A stretch of 64,000 bases of DNA from Gammaproteobacteria bacterium (GCA_965277715.1 OZ255836.1:1312001-1376000), one strand, 5' to 3'. Numbered from the stretch's first letter, positions 34,259 through 45,527 are shown. The notes: a model not told the origin generated them from the letters alone. Translations and numbers: made by a program.

Positions 34259-35308
34259 TCACCTCGAATACATAAATTGAGGCATATCTATAGGCATTAG
34301 CAATTTCAATGCCGATGCAAAACTGACACCCAACTGCTTGGAAAGTTGATCGACAAAGGTATCCTGTGGGTTAAATGAGACGATATTTTCAACACCTATT
34401 ACTTCCCGCGCAACATAGGATTGATTCGCCAGCGCATCCACCAGACCGTTGTCCACTCCTTGCTGTCCTGTCCAGATCAATCCACTGAACAATGCCGGAT
34501 CAGACGACAAACGATCACCACGCCCGGTTTTAACCACATGAGTGAATTGTGCGTGGATATTGTCGAGCAAGGTTTGCACATGCTGTTTTTCAGCGACATT
34601 TTCTGGCAAAAATGGATCCAGCAATGCCTTGCTTTCCCCAGAGGTTAGCAGGCGGCGCTCCACACCTACTTTCTCCATCAATCCGGTAAACCCAAACCCA
34701 TCCATGCGCACACCGATGGAACCGACAATACTGGCTTTATCGGCATAGATTTTATCCGCCGCTGCCGCCACGTAATAACCACCTGAGGCACAGATATCAC
34801 CCAGCACTGCATACACTGGTGTTTCAGGGTATTTCTCTTTGAAGCGTATTATCTCATCGTAAATGATCCCCGCCTGTACCGGGCTGCCACCAGGGCTATT
34901 AATGTTGAGAATAATCCCAGCGGTTTGTGCATCTTCAAAAGCGGCACGTACACTGCCAATGATACGTGCAGCACTCGCTTCATTTTCCGATGAAATCACA
35001 CCGTGCACATCGATCAGTGCGGCGAATTTATCAGTGCCGCCACTTGAGGTATCCAGAAATTCGGTGCGCATAAAAGCAAACAACACAATGCTGATATAGG
35101 CAAAGGTCAGTAGTTTAAAAAAGATACCCCAGCGACGCGACCGGCGCTGTTCTTTTAATGCCGATGTGGCCAGTTCGCGAATCAGTGTCGACTCCCACCC
35201 CGGTGGCTGCTTTGAAACAACCGGGCCATCAGTCCAGGGGTTGGTGTTTGGATTGGCATGTTGACCATTGTTGTTATCTGACATTAGTAACTCCGTAGCG
35301 TACTTCAC
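34259..35308 (-). CDS. sppA: S49-family signal peptide peptidase (SppA-like)
   Basis: INSPGGSPV, ASGGYY, GSIGV, one N-terminal TM segment. Confidence 0.88.
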   Translation of the reverse strand: MKYATELLMSDNNNGQHANPNTNPWTDGPVVSKQPPGWESTLIRELATSALKEQRRSRRWGIFFKLLTFAYISIVLFAFMRTEFLDTSSGGTDKFAALIDVHGVISSENEASAARIIGSVRAAFEDAQTAGIILNINSPGGSPVQAGIIYDEIIRFKEKYPETPVYAVLGDICASGGYYVAAAADKIYADKASIVGSIGVRMDGFGFTGLMEKVGVERRLLTSGESKALLDPFLPENVAEKQHVQTLLDNIHAQFTHVVKTGRGDRLSSDPALFSGLIWTGQQGVDNGLVDALANQSYVAREVIGVENIVSFNPQDTFVDQLSKQLGVSFASALKLLMPIDMPQFMYSR

Positions 35309-35361
35309 AATGTGGTGAGACTATCATAGACTCAATTATCGGCAACCAGCGTATCGATGCT

Positions 35362-36303
35362 TTAAATTTTCAAAACGGCAAGAAAACCAAGTAACTCTTC
35401 CGGCAAAGGGCATTCAACCGATATACGTTGGTGGTACTCAAACTCGAGTGTCGACGCGTGTAAAAACAACCGCTTTAACCCACGTTGGCGAACCGACTGA
35501 TTGAATGATTTGTCGCCATAGCGGGTATCGCCAGCCAGTGGGTGGCCGCCGTACTGAGCGTGTACGCGTATCTGGTGTGTACGCCCTGTTTCAATCGAAA
35601 CCCGCACCAGCGAAGCATCGGCATAGCGTTCGATGGGATAAAAATGGCTGATGGCAGGCTTGCCAGCCGTATCGACCACGACCATACGCTCGCCACTTTG
35701 CAGGGTATTTTTTAACAAGGGTGCTTCGATAATGTGTGTTTCATCGGGCCAGCGGCCACAGCTCAAAGCCAGATAGTGCTTATTAATGCTACGCGAACGA
35801 AACAAATCCTGAACCTGTAACAGTGCCTGGCGATTTTTAGCGATCAATAGGCAACCACTGGTGTCACGATCAAGCCGATGCACCAACGACCAGTTACCTG
35901 CATCCGTACGCATCGCTTTTAAAACATCGATTACCCCCCACTCCACACCACTGCCACGGTGTACAGAAATACCGGCAGGTTTATCAATGACCACCAGTTG
36001 TTCGTCTTCATAAATAATCCGGCCAGCAAATACCCTTAACCAATAATCCGGTATATCAGACGCATTGCGCGTGGCAACTCTCAGTGGCGGTATCCGCACC
36101 TTATCACCCAGTTGAAGCTTGTAAACTGGCTTGGTGCGTTTACCATTAACGCGCACTCGCCCCTTTCGTATAAGTTTGTACAGCAGGCTGCGCGGCACAC
36201 CTTTTAAACGGCTAAGCAGAAAATTATCGACACGCTGGCCGTTATTTGATGCCCCGACCACTTCGATAGCAAGTTGTTGTTTTATATCTAAATCACTTTC
36301 CAC
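35362..36303 (-). CDS. rluC: 23S rRNA pseudouridine synthase RluC
   Basis: S4 domain, HRLDRDTSG, TGRTHQIRVH; divergent from rne. Confidence 0.92.
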   Translation of the reverse strand: MESDLDIKQQLAIEVVGASNNGQRVDNFLLSRLKGVPRSLLYKLIRKGRVRVNGKRTKPVYKLQLGDKVRIPPLRVATRNASDIPDYWLRVFAGRIIYEDEQLVVIDKPAGISVHRGSGVEWGVIDVLKAMRTDAGNWSLVHRLDRDTSGCLLIAKNRQALLQVQDLFRSRSINKHYLALSCGRWPDETHIIEAPLLKNTLQSGERMVVVDTAGKPAISHFYPIERYADASLVRVSIETGRTHQIRVHAQYGGHPLAGDTRYGDKSFNQSVRQRGLKRLFLHASTLEFEYHQRISVECPLPEELLGFLAVLKI

Positions 36304-37063
36304 TAATAGTACACCGTCTACCTTATATTGACGGGTTCAGCGCAACACCCAACAAAATTAATTAATTTTACACGAAGGGTTAACCCACAAGCGCCCCAGA
36401 ACTGCGTTGTTTTTACTCACCATAGACCACTGTGACTGCGCAAAAACGCCTTGCTCTGACACGCTTGTGGGCTAACTGAACCCGACAATATAAGGTAGAC
36501 GGTGTACCAGGGTCTTGCAAGCGTAGGATCGGCCACCCAGATTGTCTAACAACAATATTGGTGCTATAGTCAAGTCTTACTGGATATTCCATCCTGGTGA
36601 AACAGTTCCATTGTGAATCGCGTATTTTACGCCCATCACACAAAGCATGTAACACGCAAGACGCTAATCTCTCCAGTAAAGTACAACCCTCAAGAGGCAC
36701 CAGTATCCAGTTCGTCTGATTCTCTTGAATAAGCTATTGAACAAATTTTTTTGGGGCTGCCCAGTGAAATAACGCAGCGCCATGTAATGAACGAAACACT
36801 GTGTGTTTCGCACGCCCTGTCGGCAGCTGTAGAGATGCAACCAATCGCCTCTCCATCGCTCTGTACAGAGGCGTAACAGTATAACGCCATTTAAACACTG
36901 AACCTTACCGACACTAAACATAAAGGTCGAATTCGATTGCATAACATGACTTCATTCGTCATCAATATTATCGCCTTAATCACTGGCAGCCTTGATATTG
37001 CTACCCGGTTAAGCAACGCTTCGAATCCCGTGGCGGTGAGACTTTTTACGGAAACAATCTCAC

Positions 37064-39637
37064 ATGAAAAGAATGTTAATCAATGCAACCCAGCCCGAAG
37101 AGCTGCGCGTTGCAATCGTCGATGGGCAACGCCTCGATAACCTCGATATAGAGCACAACACACACGAGCAAAAAAAATCCAATATTTATAAAGCCACTGT
37201 CACCCGTGTCGAACCCAGTCTTGAGGCGGCATTTGTTGAATACGGTGCAGACCGGCATGGCTTTCTCCCCTTTAAGGAAATAGCCCGCGAATACCTCAGT
37301 GAGGCAGCGTTTAAAGAGGGGGGGCGACCATCGGTCAAGGACGGGCTATCTGAAGGTACTGAGCTGATTGTTCAGATCGAAAAGGAAGAGCGTGGCAATA
37401 AAGGCGCTGCACTCACTACCTTTGTCAGCCTGGCGGGCCGCTACCTCGTTGTCATGCCAAACAATCCCCGTGCCGGTGGCGTCTCACGCCGAATCGAAGG
37501 TGAAGACCGCAACGAGCTACGCGATGCGATGCGCGACCTGGTTTTACCCGAAGGTATGGGTGTTATCGTGCGCACTGCCGGCGTTGGTAAGTCGACCGAA
37601 GAGCTGCAATGGGATCTCGATTATCAAGCGGAAATCTGGCGCGCAATAAAAACAGCCTGTGATGAAAAACCCGCCCCTTTCCTGATCTACCAGGAAAGCA
37701 ATGTCATTATCCGTGCACTGCGCGATAACTTTAGCAACGACATTGGCGAAATACTGATCGATGAGGCATCGATCTACGCAGACGCGCAAAAATTTATTCA
37801 ACAGTGCATGCCCACTAACGCCAAAAAACTCAAACACTACCAAGAGTCGGTGCCACTGTTTAACCGCTTTCAAATCGAAGCACAAATCGAATCGGCCTTT
37901 CAGCGTGAAGTACGCCTGCCCTCTGGTGGTGCCATCGTGATCGATCACACCGAGGCACTGGTATCGATCGACGTCAATTCGGCCCGCGCCACCAAAGGCA
38001 GCGATATAGAAGAAACCGCCACCAATACCAACCTCGAAGCCGCCGATGAAGTCGCACGGCAATTGCGCCTACGCGATCTGGGCGGCCTGGTGGTTATCGA
38101 CTTCATTGACATGATGGCCAATAAAAACCAACGGGCGGTGGAAAACCGCCTGCGTGACGCGTTAAAGATAGACCGTGCACGGGTACAGACCAACCGCATT
38201 TCCAAGTTTGGGTTGATGGAAATGTCACGACAACGGCTGCGCCCATCACTGGGGGAATCCACCCAGATTGTCTGCCCTCGTTGTTCCGGGCACGGATCAA
38301 TTCGCAGTATCGAGTCCCTGGCATTGTCAGTATTACGACTGATGGAAGAAGAGTCCATGAAGGAAAATACCGGGCGGGTTGTCGCCCAGGTGCCGATCGA
38401 TGTCGCCAGTTATCTGCTCAATGAAAAACGCGAAAATATTGCCGAAATCGAATCGCGCAATACGATCCATTTATTGGTAGTGCCCAACCCTTCACTGGAA
38501 CTCCCTCATTTCAACATTGAGCGTATTCGCAATAGCGAAACCAACCACGATGCCTATGAAAAGAGCAGTTATGAGCTGGCCTTTGACCCTGACACCCCCT
38601 ATATGCCCCCCGAACCTACCCGGGCCAGCGAGGTAGAGGCGGCCGCTGTCAGTACACTGGTGCCAAGCTCCCCGGCTCCTACCCGTGAAAAAGTGGATAC
38701 GCCTTCACTCGGTGAAAGCAAGGGAATCCTCGCTGCGCTTTTTGCCTGGTTATTCGGCGGTGACAAACAGACACAAGCCGCTAATGACGAACAAAAAAAG
38801 CCCACAAGAGGTAATCAATCGCAGCGCTCACGCCAACGTTCAAACGCCTCACAGCGCGGTAACAATTCGCGCCGACGCGACAGGGACCAAGTGCGCAATA
38901 ATAGAAACACAGGCAATCACCCACGCAACCAACAGGCTGCGGCCAATAATCGCAGTGATAATACCAACAACGGGCAAAACACCAGTGCAGATGCGGTCAG
39001 CGATAAAAATGAACGCGCACAATCAACAGCCGACGACAAAGACAATAACGGCCAACGCCGCTCAAAACGAGGCGGTACACGCCGCCGCCGTTCCAATAAT
39101 GCACGCAAGCCCCGCCAAGAAGAAGGCAGTGAAAACACCATCGAAGAGAATGGTGGTTCACAACAAACACAGGCTGCAACAACAGAACCTTCGGTTAGTA
39201 ATGCAGCGCCCGAGCCGACACCACCACAACACCGTAGCAATGGCCACAATGGCAATGTGTCACCCAAACAATTGAGTGACTACAAAAGCACCGTGCGTTC
39301 GCTCGCCAATGAAACCAGCGCCAGTCACACCGAAAATAGCAACACAGGGAGTGCCGGTGTTGATGCCAGCCCCTCAAGCGTGTCGGCGGCTCCTGCGGCT
39401 GTTACAAACATAGTACCAACACCTGCTCCGGCCACCTCCACATCGGATACGCCTACTGCAAACAAACCGGCTACTGACAACGTTGGGCAAAATAACGCAA
39501 AGAGTGAATCAGCGCAGACAAGCCCCGTCGCACCGCCAAAACCAGTGGCAACGGAACCCGTAAAAGCGGCCGCTGCCAACGCCCCCCAGCCTCAATCAAA
39601 AACCACCCCAACAGAGGCACCCAGCGAAAGTACCTAA
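37064..39637 (+). CDS. rne: Ribonuclease E
   Basis: [31 protein letters not shown], membrane-targeting helix [13 protein letters not shown]-rich disordered C-terminus. Confidence 0.97.
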   Translation: MKRMLINATQPEELRVAIVDGQRLDNLDIEHNTHEQKKSNIYKATVTRVEPSLEAAFVEYGADRHGFLPFKEIAREYLSEAAFKEGGRPSVKDGLSEGTELIVQIEKEERGNKGAALTTFVSLAGRYLVVMPNNPRAGGVSRRIEGEDRNELRDAMRDLVLPEGMGVIVRTAGVGKSTEELQWDLDYQAEIWRAIKTACDEKPAPFLIYQESNVIIRALRDNFSNDIGEILIDEASIYADAQKFIQQCMPTNAKKLKHYQESVPLFNRFQIEAQIESAFQREVRLPSGGAIVIDHTEALVSIDVNSARATKGSDIEETATNTNLEAADEVARQLRLRDLGGLVVIDFIDMMANKNQRAVENRLRDALKIDRARVQTNRISKFGLMEMSRQRLRPSLGESTQIVCPRCSGHGSIRSIESLALSVLRLMEEESMKENTGRVVAQVPIDVASYLLNEKRENIAEIESRNTIHLLVVPNPSLELPHFNIERIRNSETNHDAYEKSSYELAFDPDTPYMPPEPTRASEVEAAAVSTLVPSSPAPTREKVDTPSLGESKGILAALFAWLFGGDKQTQAANDEQKKPTRGNQSQRSRQRSNASQRGNNSRRRDRDQVRNNRNTGNHPRNQQAAANNRSDNTNNGQNTSADAVSDKNERAQSTADDKDNNGQRRSKRGGTRRRRSNNARKPRQEEGSENTIEENGGSQQTQAATTEPSVSNAAPEPTPPQHRSNGHNGNVSPKQLSDYKSTVRSLANETSASHTENSNTGSAGVDASPSSVSAAPAAVTNIVPTPAPATSTSDTPTANKPATDNVGQNNAKSESAQTSPVAPPKPVATEPVKAAAANAPQPQSKTTPTEAPSEST

Positions 39638-39641
39638 AATA

Positions 39642-39693
39642 GAAGGGTGAAAGGTGAAGAGTAAGGGGGCGAAAATTTCACCTTTCACCTTTC
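39642..39693. terminator. Hairpin between convergent rne and the Ubi hydroxylase gene, built from GGTGAAA heptamers
   Basis: GAAGGGTGAAAGGTGAA...TTCACCTTTCACCTTTC. Confidence 0.6.
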
Positions 39694-40912
39694 AAACCAA
39701 AGGTATCCCGTGCGCCAACTTTGGCAAATCACCCGCCACTCCCGAGGCATAACGCATACAAAAATGGTTAACCGGTGCCACTTTATCAGCAATCGTCAGC
39801 ATCGCATTGCGCGCCGTATGTACAATCCAGGGCTGGGGTTTAAACGCCCGATAAAACCCATCGAGCATTGTTTGTATCATCTGATTATGCCCTTTGCGCC
39901 AGCGTTCATAACGACGCAGTGGTAACAGTAAACCAGCATCTTTACTATTAGCGCTGTCGATCAACACTTCCGCCAATGTCGCGGCATCCAACAACCCCAA
40001 GTTGACCCCCTGCCCCGCAAGTGGATGAACCGTGTGGGCAGCATCACCGACCAACGCAATACGCGGTTTTACATACTGCCTGGCATGGCTGTGTGCGAGT
40101 GGGAAGCTCCCCCGGCCAACCAGGGATGTAATAGCGCCCAATCGGTCGGGAAACTGTTGTTGCAATGCATCAATAAACACGGTATCCGCTACAGACTTTA
40201 AACGTGCGACCTCTTCTGGGGTGTTGTACCAGACCACCGAACCATAATGCCCACACAAGGGTAAAAATGCCTCCGGGCCAGTGGGCATAAAACGCTGCCA
40301 AGTAATATCCTGCTGTGGCAATGCCGTCTCAACGGTAGCGACCAGTGCATGTTGATCCGGGTACTTAGCCCCCTGTGTTTCGATACCTGACAAGGCTCGC
40401 ACCTTCGAATTCCCGCCATCGGCGCCAACGGCTAAACCAGCCGTTATTTCACCGCCACCCTGCAAGACAAGCCGGGTATGCCGCTCACTCACATACATAT
40501 TTTCAATGCGAGAAGACGGCAGAAAATCGACATTATCAAATTGTTGAAGCCGCTCACACAGTGCAATTTGCAGCACATGATTTTCGACAATATGCCCTAG
40601 TTCAGGTTGTGCTATATCGGCGCTGTCGAATAATGTCTGGCCATTATTTTGACCATCCCACACCAACATACGCCGATAAGGACAGGCACGGCGCGCTATA
40701 ATCCCTTGCCAGGCACCTACCGCTTTTAACATCGACTGCGAAGCCACACTTAGCGCCGAAACACGTAAAGCACAGTGGCCACCCGCATCGAATACGGGTA
40801 GCTCAGCCGCCTCAAGTACCGCCACACGAAAGCGTGAGTTGCCCAGCGCACAGGCTAACATACCGCCCACCATACCACCGCCAACAATGGCAATATCGTA
40901 GTATTGATTCAT
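39692..40912 (-). CDS. UbiH/UbiF/UbiI-family FAD-dependent ubiquinone biosynthesis hydroxylase
   Basis: VGGGMVG, RVSAL, GADG, GDAAHTVHPLAGQGVNLG. Confidence 0.9.
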   Translation of the reverse strand: MNQYYDIAIVGGGMVGGMLACALGNSRFRVAVLEAAELPVFDAGGHCALRVSALSVASQSMLKAVGAWQGIIARRACPYRRMLVWDGQNNGQTLFDSADIAQPELGHIVENHVLQIALCERLQQFDNVDFLPSSRIENMYVSERHTRLVLQGGGEITAGLAVGADGGNSKVRALSGIETQGAKYPDQHALVATVETALPQQDITWQRFMPTGPEAFLPLCGHYGSVVWYNTPEEVARLKSVADTVFIDALQQQFPDRLGAITSLVGRGSFPLAHSHARQYVKPRIALVGDAAHTVHPLAGQGVNLGLLDAATLAEVLIDSANSKDAGLLLPLRRYERWRKGHNQMIQTMLDGFYRAFKPQPWIVHTARNAMLTIADKVAPVNHFCMRYASGVAGDLPKLAHGIPLV

Positions 40913-40937
40913 AAGGTTTGTTTAGTGCTATCTCTAT

Positions 40938-43802
40938 TCAATGGGCAATACGCCGCCAGCCATCGCCGTCGTCGACCAGTTCAAATGTAGGCCAGAAATT
41001 ATACGAGGGACGCACACTGACCAAGTCCCGACTGCCGTTGAGGCTAAGCAGGGTTAATCGCGTATCTTCACCTTGTTTTTTCTGTGACACATAGGCCAGA
41101 AAACTGTCGAGGTCGCTGACTGCTTTGCCATCCACCGCCGTAATCAGCCGGTTCCGGTATAGACCATCACGGTTTGCCGGTGATCCAGGCATAGTGCCTG
41201 AAACATACACGCCCCGTGCCGGTAAACCGCGCTGTAACGCCACCTCACGGTGTGGCTGTTGTAAATAGGCGCCGGCCCAGTTAAGCACCCGTCGTGTCCC
41301 TTTGTGATCGGCTACATTGGTGTCAACGTCCACCGTGTGTACCTGCCCGTCACGCAGTAGGGTCATCTGCACACGCGCCATTTGTATGCGCTTTTCAACA
41401 TCACGTAAACCGACAACGGGCTGCTCATTAATTGCCAGCAGTAAATCACCAACCTGCAACGTATCACTAGCCGCTTGGCGTCCGTCAACCGAAGGTGGAA
41501 GCTTAGACACCTGGCGCACCGCGAGTACGCGCCGCCCCGCAAGCGAATGCTCACCTTGTAAAGCAATACGCTGCAGCCATTCATTGGGCAGACCAAGTTG
41601 CCTGGCAGTGGCCATCGGCACATAACTAAGTGAGGCACCCAGTAAATGCAGTAATCGCTCACTACGGTAAAGTTGCAGCGCCTCTTCAATCACCTCTGCC
41701 GGTAGCGCCCACTCCCCCTCATTGATGTTTTCACGCCCAGGATAGGCAAAACTCGACCACAATGAATAAATATTACCCGCCTCGTCGCTAATGGCCCCCC
41801 CAACCATACGGGGCATATTGGGCACGCTAAACACATCGATCGATGATTGTTGATAACGCGGTAAACTTGGAAAATCAAAATCCAGAGTCTGCGTCGTCAC
41901 GTTATCAATATCCTGTTGCCACAATAAACCATTGGGCTTAAAACCAACCACCGAAAACGTATGGTCTTCGGCGCGTAGGTCGCCGTCGGCCAGTATCAAC
42001 GATGTAGGCTTGATACCGCCCAGTTGTTTCGGGTCATACGCCAGCAACGCAACATTGTGCAATGGGTGTACAAATACAACACGCGCCGGTATTTCCAGTG
42101 ATTCAAAAAAAACCAAACGTGCATCACCAAGGGTAATCGGTGCCGTATTACGATCGACAGCAACCAACCCCGCTTCAGCATCGACAACCAGCCCGGCGCC
42201 ACTAAAATGCCGCGCATACACATTGTCCAGAGGGTGGGGAATATCAAAGCTGACAATAACCAGTGCCGGGGCAATTTTTTGGCTCAGTAATTGACTGTAT
42301 TGCGGTGTATTTAACGGCGCGTCGGGTGCCACTTTTTCATCTGACTGGACTGCCGGTATCGCCTCACAAGGCCATTGTGGATAATCGTCACGGCGGGTGC
42401 AGCGCCGCGCTTCAAACCAGCGCCGGTCAACCAGTACCCGCGACAGGGATTGAGTGAATTCACGGCCGGCGAGAAAATAGCGCACAAACCATTCATCCCC
42501 ATCTGCACTCACACGCAACACACGGGTGAAATCCTGGATATTATCAATACGGCTACCGTTAATCTCGGTGATAACCGCCCCCGATGGCATACCTGCACGG
42601 GCAAACATATAACCACGTTTGGCAAGCAGTACACCGCGTTGCGGTTTGTTCATTGCCCGCGAAGCCTGTAAGGTCATATCGTGCAACACCGCCCCACCCA
42701 CTTCAACCAAAGTGCCCGGCTGCAATGCATGAAAATCAGCCACCTCAACGGCAAACAATTGGCTTTGTTGCTGTCGTTGTATTTTGATATCGACCATTTG
42801 CCCTACCCGGCTATCGAGTAGCGCTTCCAACGTGACAAAATCCGTAATGCGCTGACCGTCAATGGACAACAATATATCGCCTTCAACCAGCCGACCCTCG
42901 GCGACACCGGCAGTAATAACCTGCCCCACAACCAACATCCCTTTTATATTTGGGTAAGCGGCACGCACAGCGTTTTCCTCTACACGGCTCAAGCCAATGC
43001 GCCGCAAACTGCGAAAGGGTTTATGTTCAAAAATGGTTTGCAGCGTACCACGCGTAATCGGCCTATCTTCACGCAACAAATCCAGCGCGCGCACAATGCG
43101 GTCGAGCGGCAGAAAAAAACTGCTCGCGGTTTTAGTGTTGGCCGCCGCATTCAGCGCGACAACATCGCCATCGATATCAATCACCGGTGACCCGGATGAT
43201 CCCCCTGAAGTGGACGACGCCGCCTGTAAATAAAAAGTATTGAAGTCGTTATAACCATAACGTCCATAATTGGGCACCGGGCGATCGAGCCGCGCAATAG
43301 TCCCTGCCAGTATGGACAATTGTTCGCCACCATCGCTACCAACCACGCGAATATCCAACCCAGTTGTCGCTTTGTCAGGTCGAAGAGGTAGCGCCTGGGG
43401 TTGTATAAACTCCAATGCGTCCGGGTCGTAACGAAAAAAACCAAAGTCGTGCACCGTATCCCGGTACAGCGGCACTATCGTCAGCCGTTCCTGATTTTGA
43501 AAAGTGGCAGTGGCCATAAGCGGCCCAGACCCCACCACGTGACGATTGGTGAGGATGATGCCGTTCTCTGCATCGACGATAAACCCCGTCGCTGTGCTGA
43601 TACCCTGTTCAGAAAAATCGAACGACCGCACCCTGGCTATTTCCAGCGCAACGACTGAATTAGCAATACGCGTTAAGGTTTCTGACCATCGATTCTGCGT
43701 ATTATTTTCTGTATCGGCATAAGCACTTAGCGACAACCCTGCCAAACAACACACGCCTAACAAAACCTGTAAAAACCGATTCAAAACCACTTTAGCTATC
43801 AC
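40938..43802 (-). CDS. Secreted Nma111/Ynm3/Deg7-like HtrA serine protease (protease-PDZ-PDZ-pseudoprotease-PDZ-PDZ)
   Basis: Signal peptide; ATGFIVD..GIILTNRHVV (His), HDFGFF (Asp), GGSSGSPV (Ser); second trypsin-like repeat GAGLVVD..GLVAVDRN lacks the catalytic His and Ser; 954 aa. Confidence 0.8.
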   Translation of the reverse strand: MIAKVVLNRFLQVLLGVCCLAGLSLSAYADTENNTQNRWSETLTRIANSVVALEIARVRSFDFSEQGISTATGFIVDAENGIILTNRHVVGSGPLMATATFQNQERLTIVPLYRDTVHDFGFFRYDPDALEFIQPQALPLRPDKATTGLDIRVVGSDGGEQLSILAGTIARLDRPVPNYGRYGYNDFNTFYLQAASSTSGGSSGSPVIDIDGDVVALNAAANTKTASSFFLPLDRIVRALDLLREDRPITRGTLQTIFEHKPFRSLRRIGLSRVEENAVRAAYPNIKGMLVVGQVITAGVAEGRLVEGDILLSIDGQRITDFVTLEALLDSRVGQMVDIKIQRQQQSQLFAVEVADFHALQPGTLVEVGGAVLHDMTLQASRAMNKPQRGVLLAKRGYMFARAGMPSGAVITEINGSRIDNIQDFTRVLRVSADGDEWFVRYFLAGREFTQSLSRVLVDRRWFEARRCTRRDDYPQWPCEAIPAVQSDEKVAPDAPLNTPQYSQLLSQKIAPALVIVSFDIPHPLDNVYARHFSGAGLVVDAEAGLVAVDRNTAPITLGDARLVFFESLEIPARVVFVHPLHNVALLAYDPKQLGGIKPTSLILADGDLRAEDHTFSVVGFKPNGLLWQQDIDNVTTQTLDFDFPSLPRYQQSSIDVFSVPNMPRMVGGAISDEAGNIYSLWSSFAYPGRENINEGEWALPAEVIEEALQLYRSERLLHLLGASLSYVPMATARQLGLPNEWLQRIALQGEHSLAGRRVLAVRQVSKLPPSVDGRQAASDTLQVGDLLLAINEQPVVGLRDVEKRIQMARVQMTLLRDGQVHTVDVDTNVADHKGTRRVLNWAGAYLQQPHREVALQRGLPARGVYVSGTMPGSPANRDGLYRNRLITAVDGKAVSDLDSFLAYVSQKKQGEDTRLTLLSLNGSRDLVSVRPSYNFWPTFELVDDGDGWRRIAH

Positions 43803-43826
43803 TTAATTTATGAACCTGAAAAAATA

Positions 43827-45272
43827 GTGGTACAGTTTACACACTATCCACGCTATCTGTGTATCGACAAGCACATCAACCGGGACATACCCACTATTGA
43901 AATAATGTCCACACAGTGCTGCAATGCACACTTACTCAAGCATACGGAAAATATTTTGCCACTGAAACAAGACAACACAGCAGTCGAATGGTTTCGCCAG
44001 GCTTCACCGTACATCAATGCATACCGTGGCGCCGTATTCGTTATTGGGTTTGGTGGCGAGGCGTTACTCTCAGCCAATTTTGCCAACTTGATTCACGATA
44101 TTGCGCTGCTCAATCACCTCGGTATCCGTTTGGTGCTGGTTCCCGGTATTCGCGCACAAATCGATTCCCGTTTACAGGCACGCGGTATCGAAACCCGCTA
44201 CCAAAATGGCCTGCGTGTGACTGACGAAAAAACACTGCCCATTGTTAAGGAGGCAGCCGGTGTCGTACGCGTGGAAATCGAGGCGATGCTCTCAATGGGG
44301 TTGGTAAACACCCCTATGTCTGGCGCCCGATTACAGGTGACCTCGGGCAATTTTGTAACCGCACAGCCGCAAGGGGTGCACGACGGGGTTGATTTTTGTC
44401 ATACGGGCGCAATCCGCCGCATCGATACGGGATCGATTCACAGTGCGCTGGAAAAAGGGCAATTGGTGATGCTATCGCCACTGGGTTATTCGAGCAGTGG
44501 TGAAGTGTTTAATTTGCGCACAGAAGATGTGGCAATGCAGGCAGCCATCGACCTACACGCCGACAAACTGATTTACCTGCTCGACCAGCACGGGATTCGC
44601 GATGCACAGAAAAAAATCATACGCCAGCTAAACCCCGCCGCGTGCGATGCCTTGATCGTGCGTCGACGCAAGCTCGATGAGGTCAGTGCCACCTGCCTAC
44701 ACAATGGTGCACGCGCCTGTCGCCACGGCGTTCCCCGCACCCATCTACTCAGCTACCGGGAAGACGGCGCCCTACTGACCGAGCTGTTCACTCTCGACGG
44801 TTGTGGCACCATGATAAACAGTGACAACTACGAGGGACTACGGGACGCCAAAAGTGAAGACACCGCCGCCATCCTCGCATTGATAGAACCGTTACAAACC
44901 GACAAAACACTGGTGCGCCGCTCACGCGAGCAACTGGAGGGGGATATTAATCACTTCAGCGTTATCGAACGCGACGGCATGATTATCGCCTGCGCGGCCC
45001 TATACCATTACGAAGAAAATGTAGCCGAGTTAGCCTGCCTGGTCACCCATCCCCATTACATCAACGAAGGGCGCGCCGAGCTATTGCTCAACGCCTTGGA
45101 GTCCAAGGCGCGTAACAACGGCATCAATCAGTTGTTTGTACTCACCACACGCACTGCCCACTGGTTTCGGGAGCGTGGTTTTCACCCAGGCGACATCAAC
45201 CGACTGCCGGTGAAAAAACGCCAGCTATACAACTATCAACGCAATGCCAAAATTTTTATCAAAGCGCTGTGA
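43827..45272 (+). CDS. argA: Amino-acid N-acetyltransferase (N-acetylglutamate synthase); true start probably near 43956
   Basis: WFRQASPYINAYRG, AAK domain plus GNAT domain, LTTRTAHWFRERGF, YNYQRN. Confidence 0.95.
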   Translation: MVQFTHYPRYLCIDKHINRDIPTIEIMSTQCCNAHLLKHTENILPLKQDNTAVEWFRQASPYINAYRGAVFVIGFGGEALLSANFANLIHDIALLNHLGIRLVLVPGIRAQIDSRLQARGIETRYQNGLRVTDEKTLPIVKEAAGVVRVEIEAMLSMGLVNTPMSGARLQVTSGNFVTAQPQGVHDGVDFCHTGAIRRIDTGSIHSALEKGQLVMLSPLGYSSSGEVFNLRTEDVAMQAAIDLHADKLIYLLDQHGIRDAQKKIIRQLNPAACDALIVRRRKLDEVSATCLHNGARACRHGVPRTHLLSYREDGALLTELFTLDGCGTMINSDNYEGLRDAKSEDTAAILALIEPLQTDKTLVRRSREQLEGDINHFSVIERDGMIIACAALYHYEENVAELACLVTHPHYINEGRAELLLNALESKARNNGINQLFVLTTRTAHWFRERGFHPGDINRLPVKKRQLYNYQRNAKIFIKAL

Positions 45273-45289
45273 TGTGTCATGTTTTAACC

Positions 45290-45368
45290 TGACGCATTCG
45301 ATTGCCCAGAAAGTGTTTACTGCCCCTCAACCAGCACATTGAGTAAGCCATTACCGCCTTTATCCCAG
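45290..45368 (-). pseudogene. Diverged fragment of a homolog of the LON-domain gene
   Basis: Translates WDKGGNGLLNVLVEGQ* vs WDKGSDGLLNVLVEGQQ in the neighbouring gene (about 45835-45906). Confidence 0.65.
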
Positions 45369-45527
45369 GTGCTATAGGGGTTTCGCTCGCCAAGCGTAAG
45401 TGTCTTTATCCACTGTATACAGAACCAAGAAAAACACCAAAACATCGCGAGCCAAACCAAGTACCCCATCCATAGAAACAGAAACCAAACAAACCACCCA
45501 ATTCAAAATTGACAACGAACTAACACA

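Noticed and set aside
36413-37140. Short ORFs in the rluC-rne spacer
   Set aside because: Mutually overlapping, no motifs; region better explained as the rne leader
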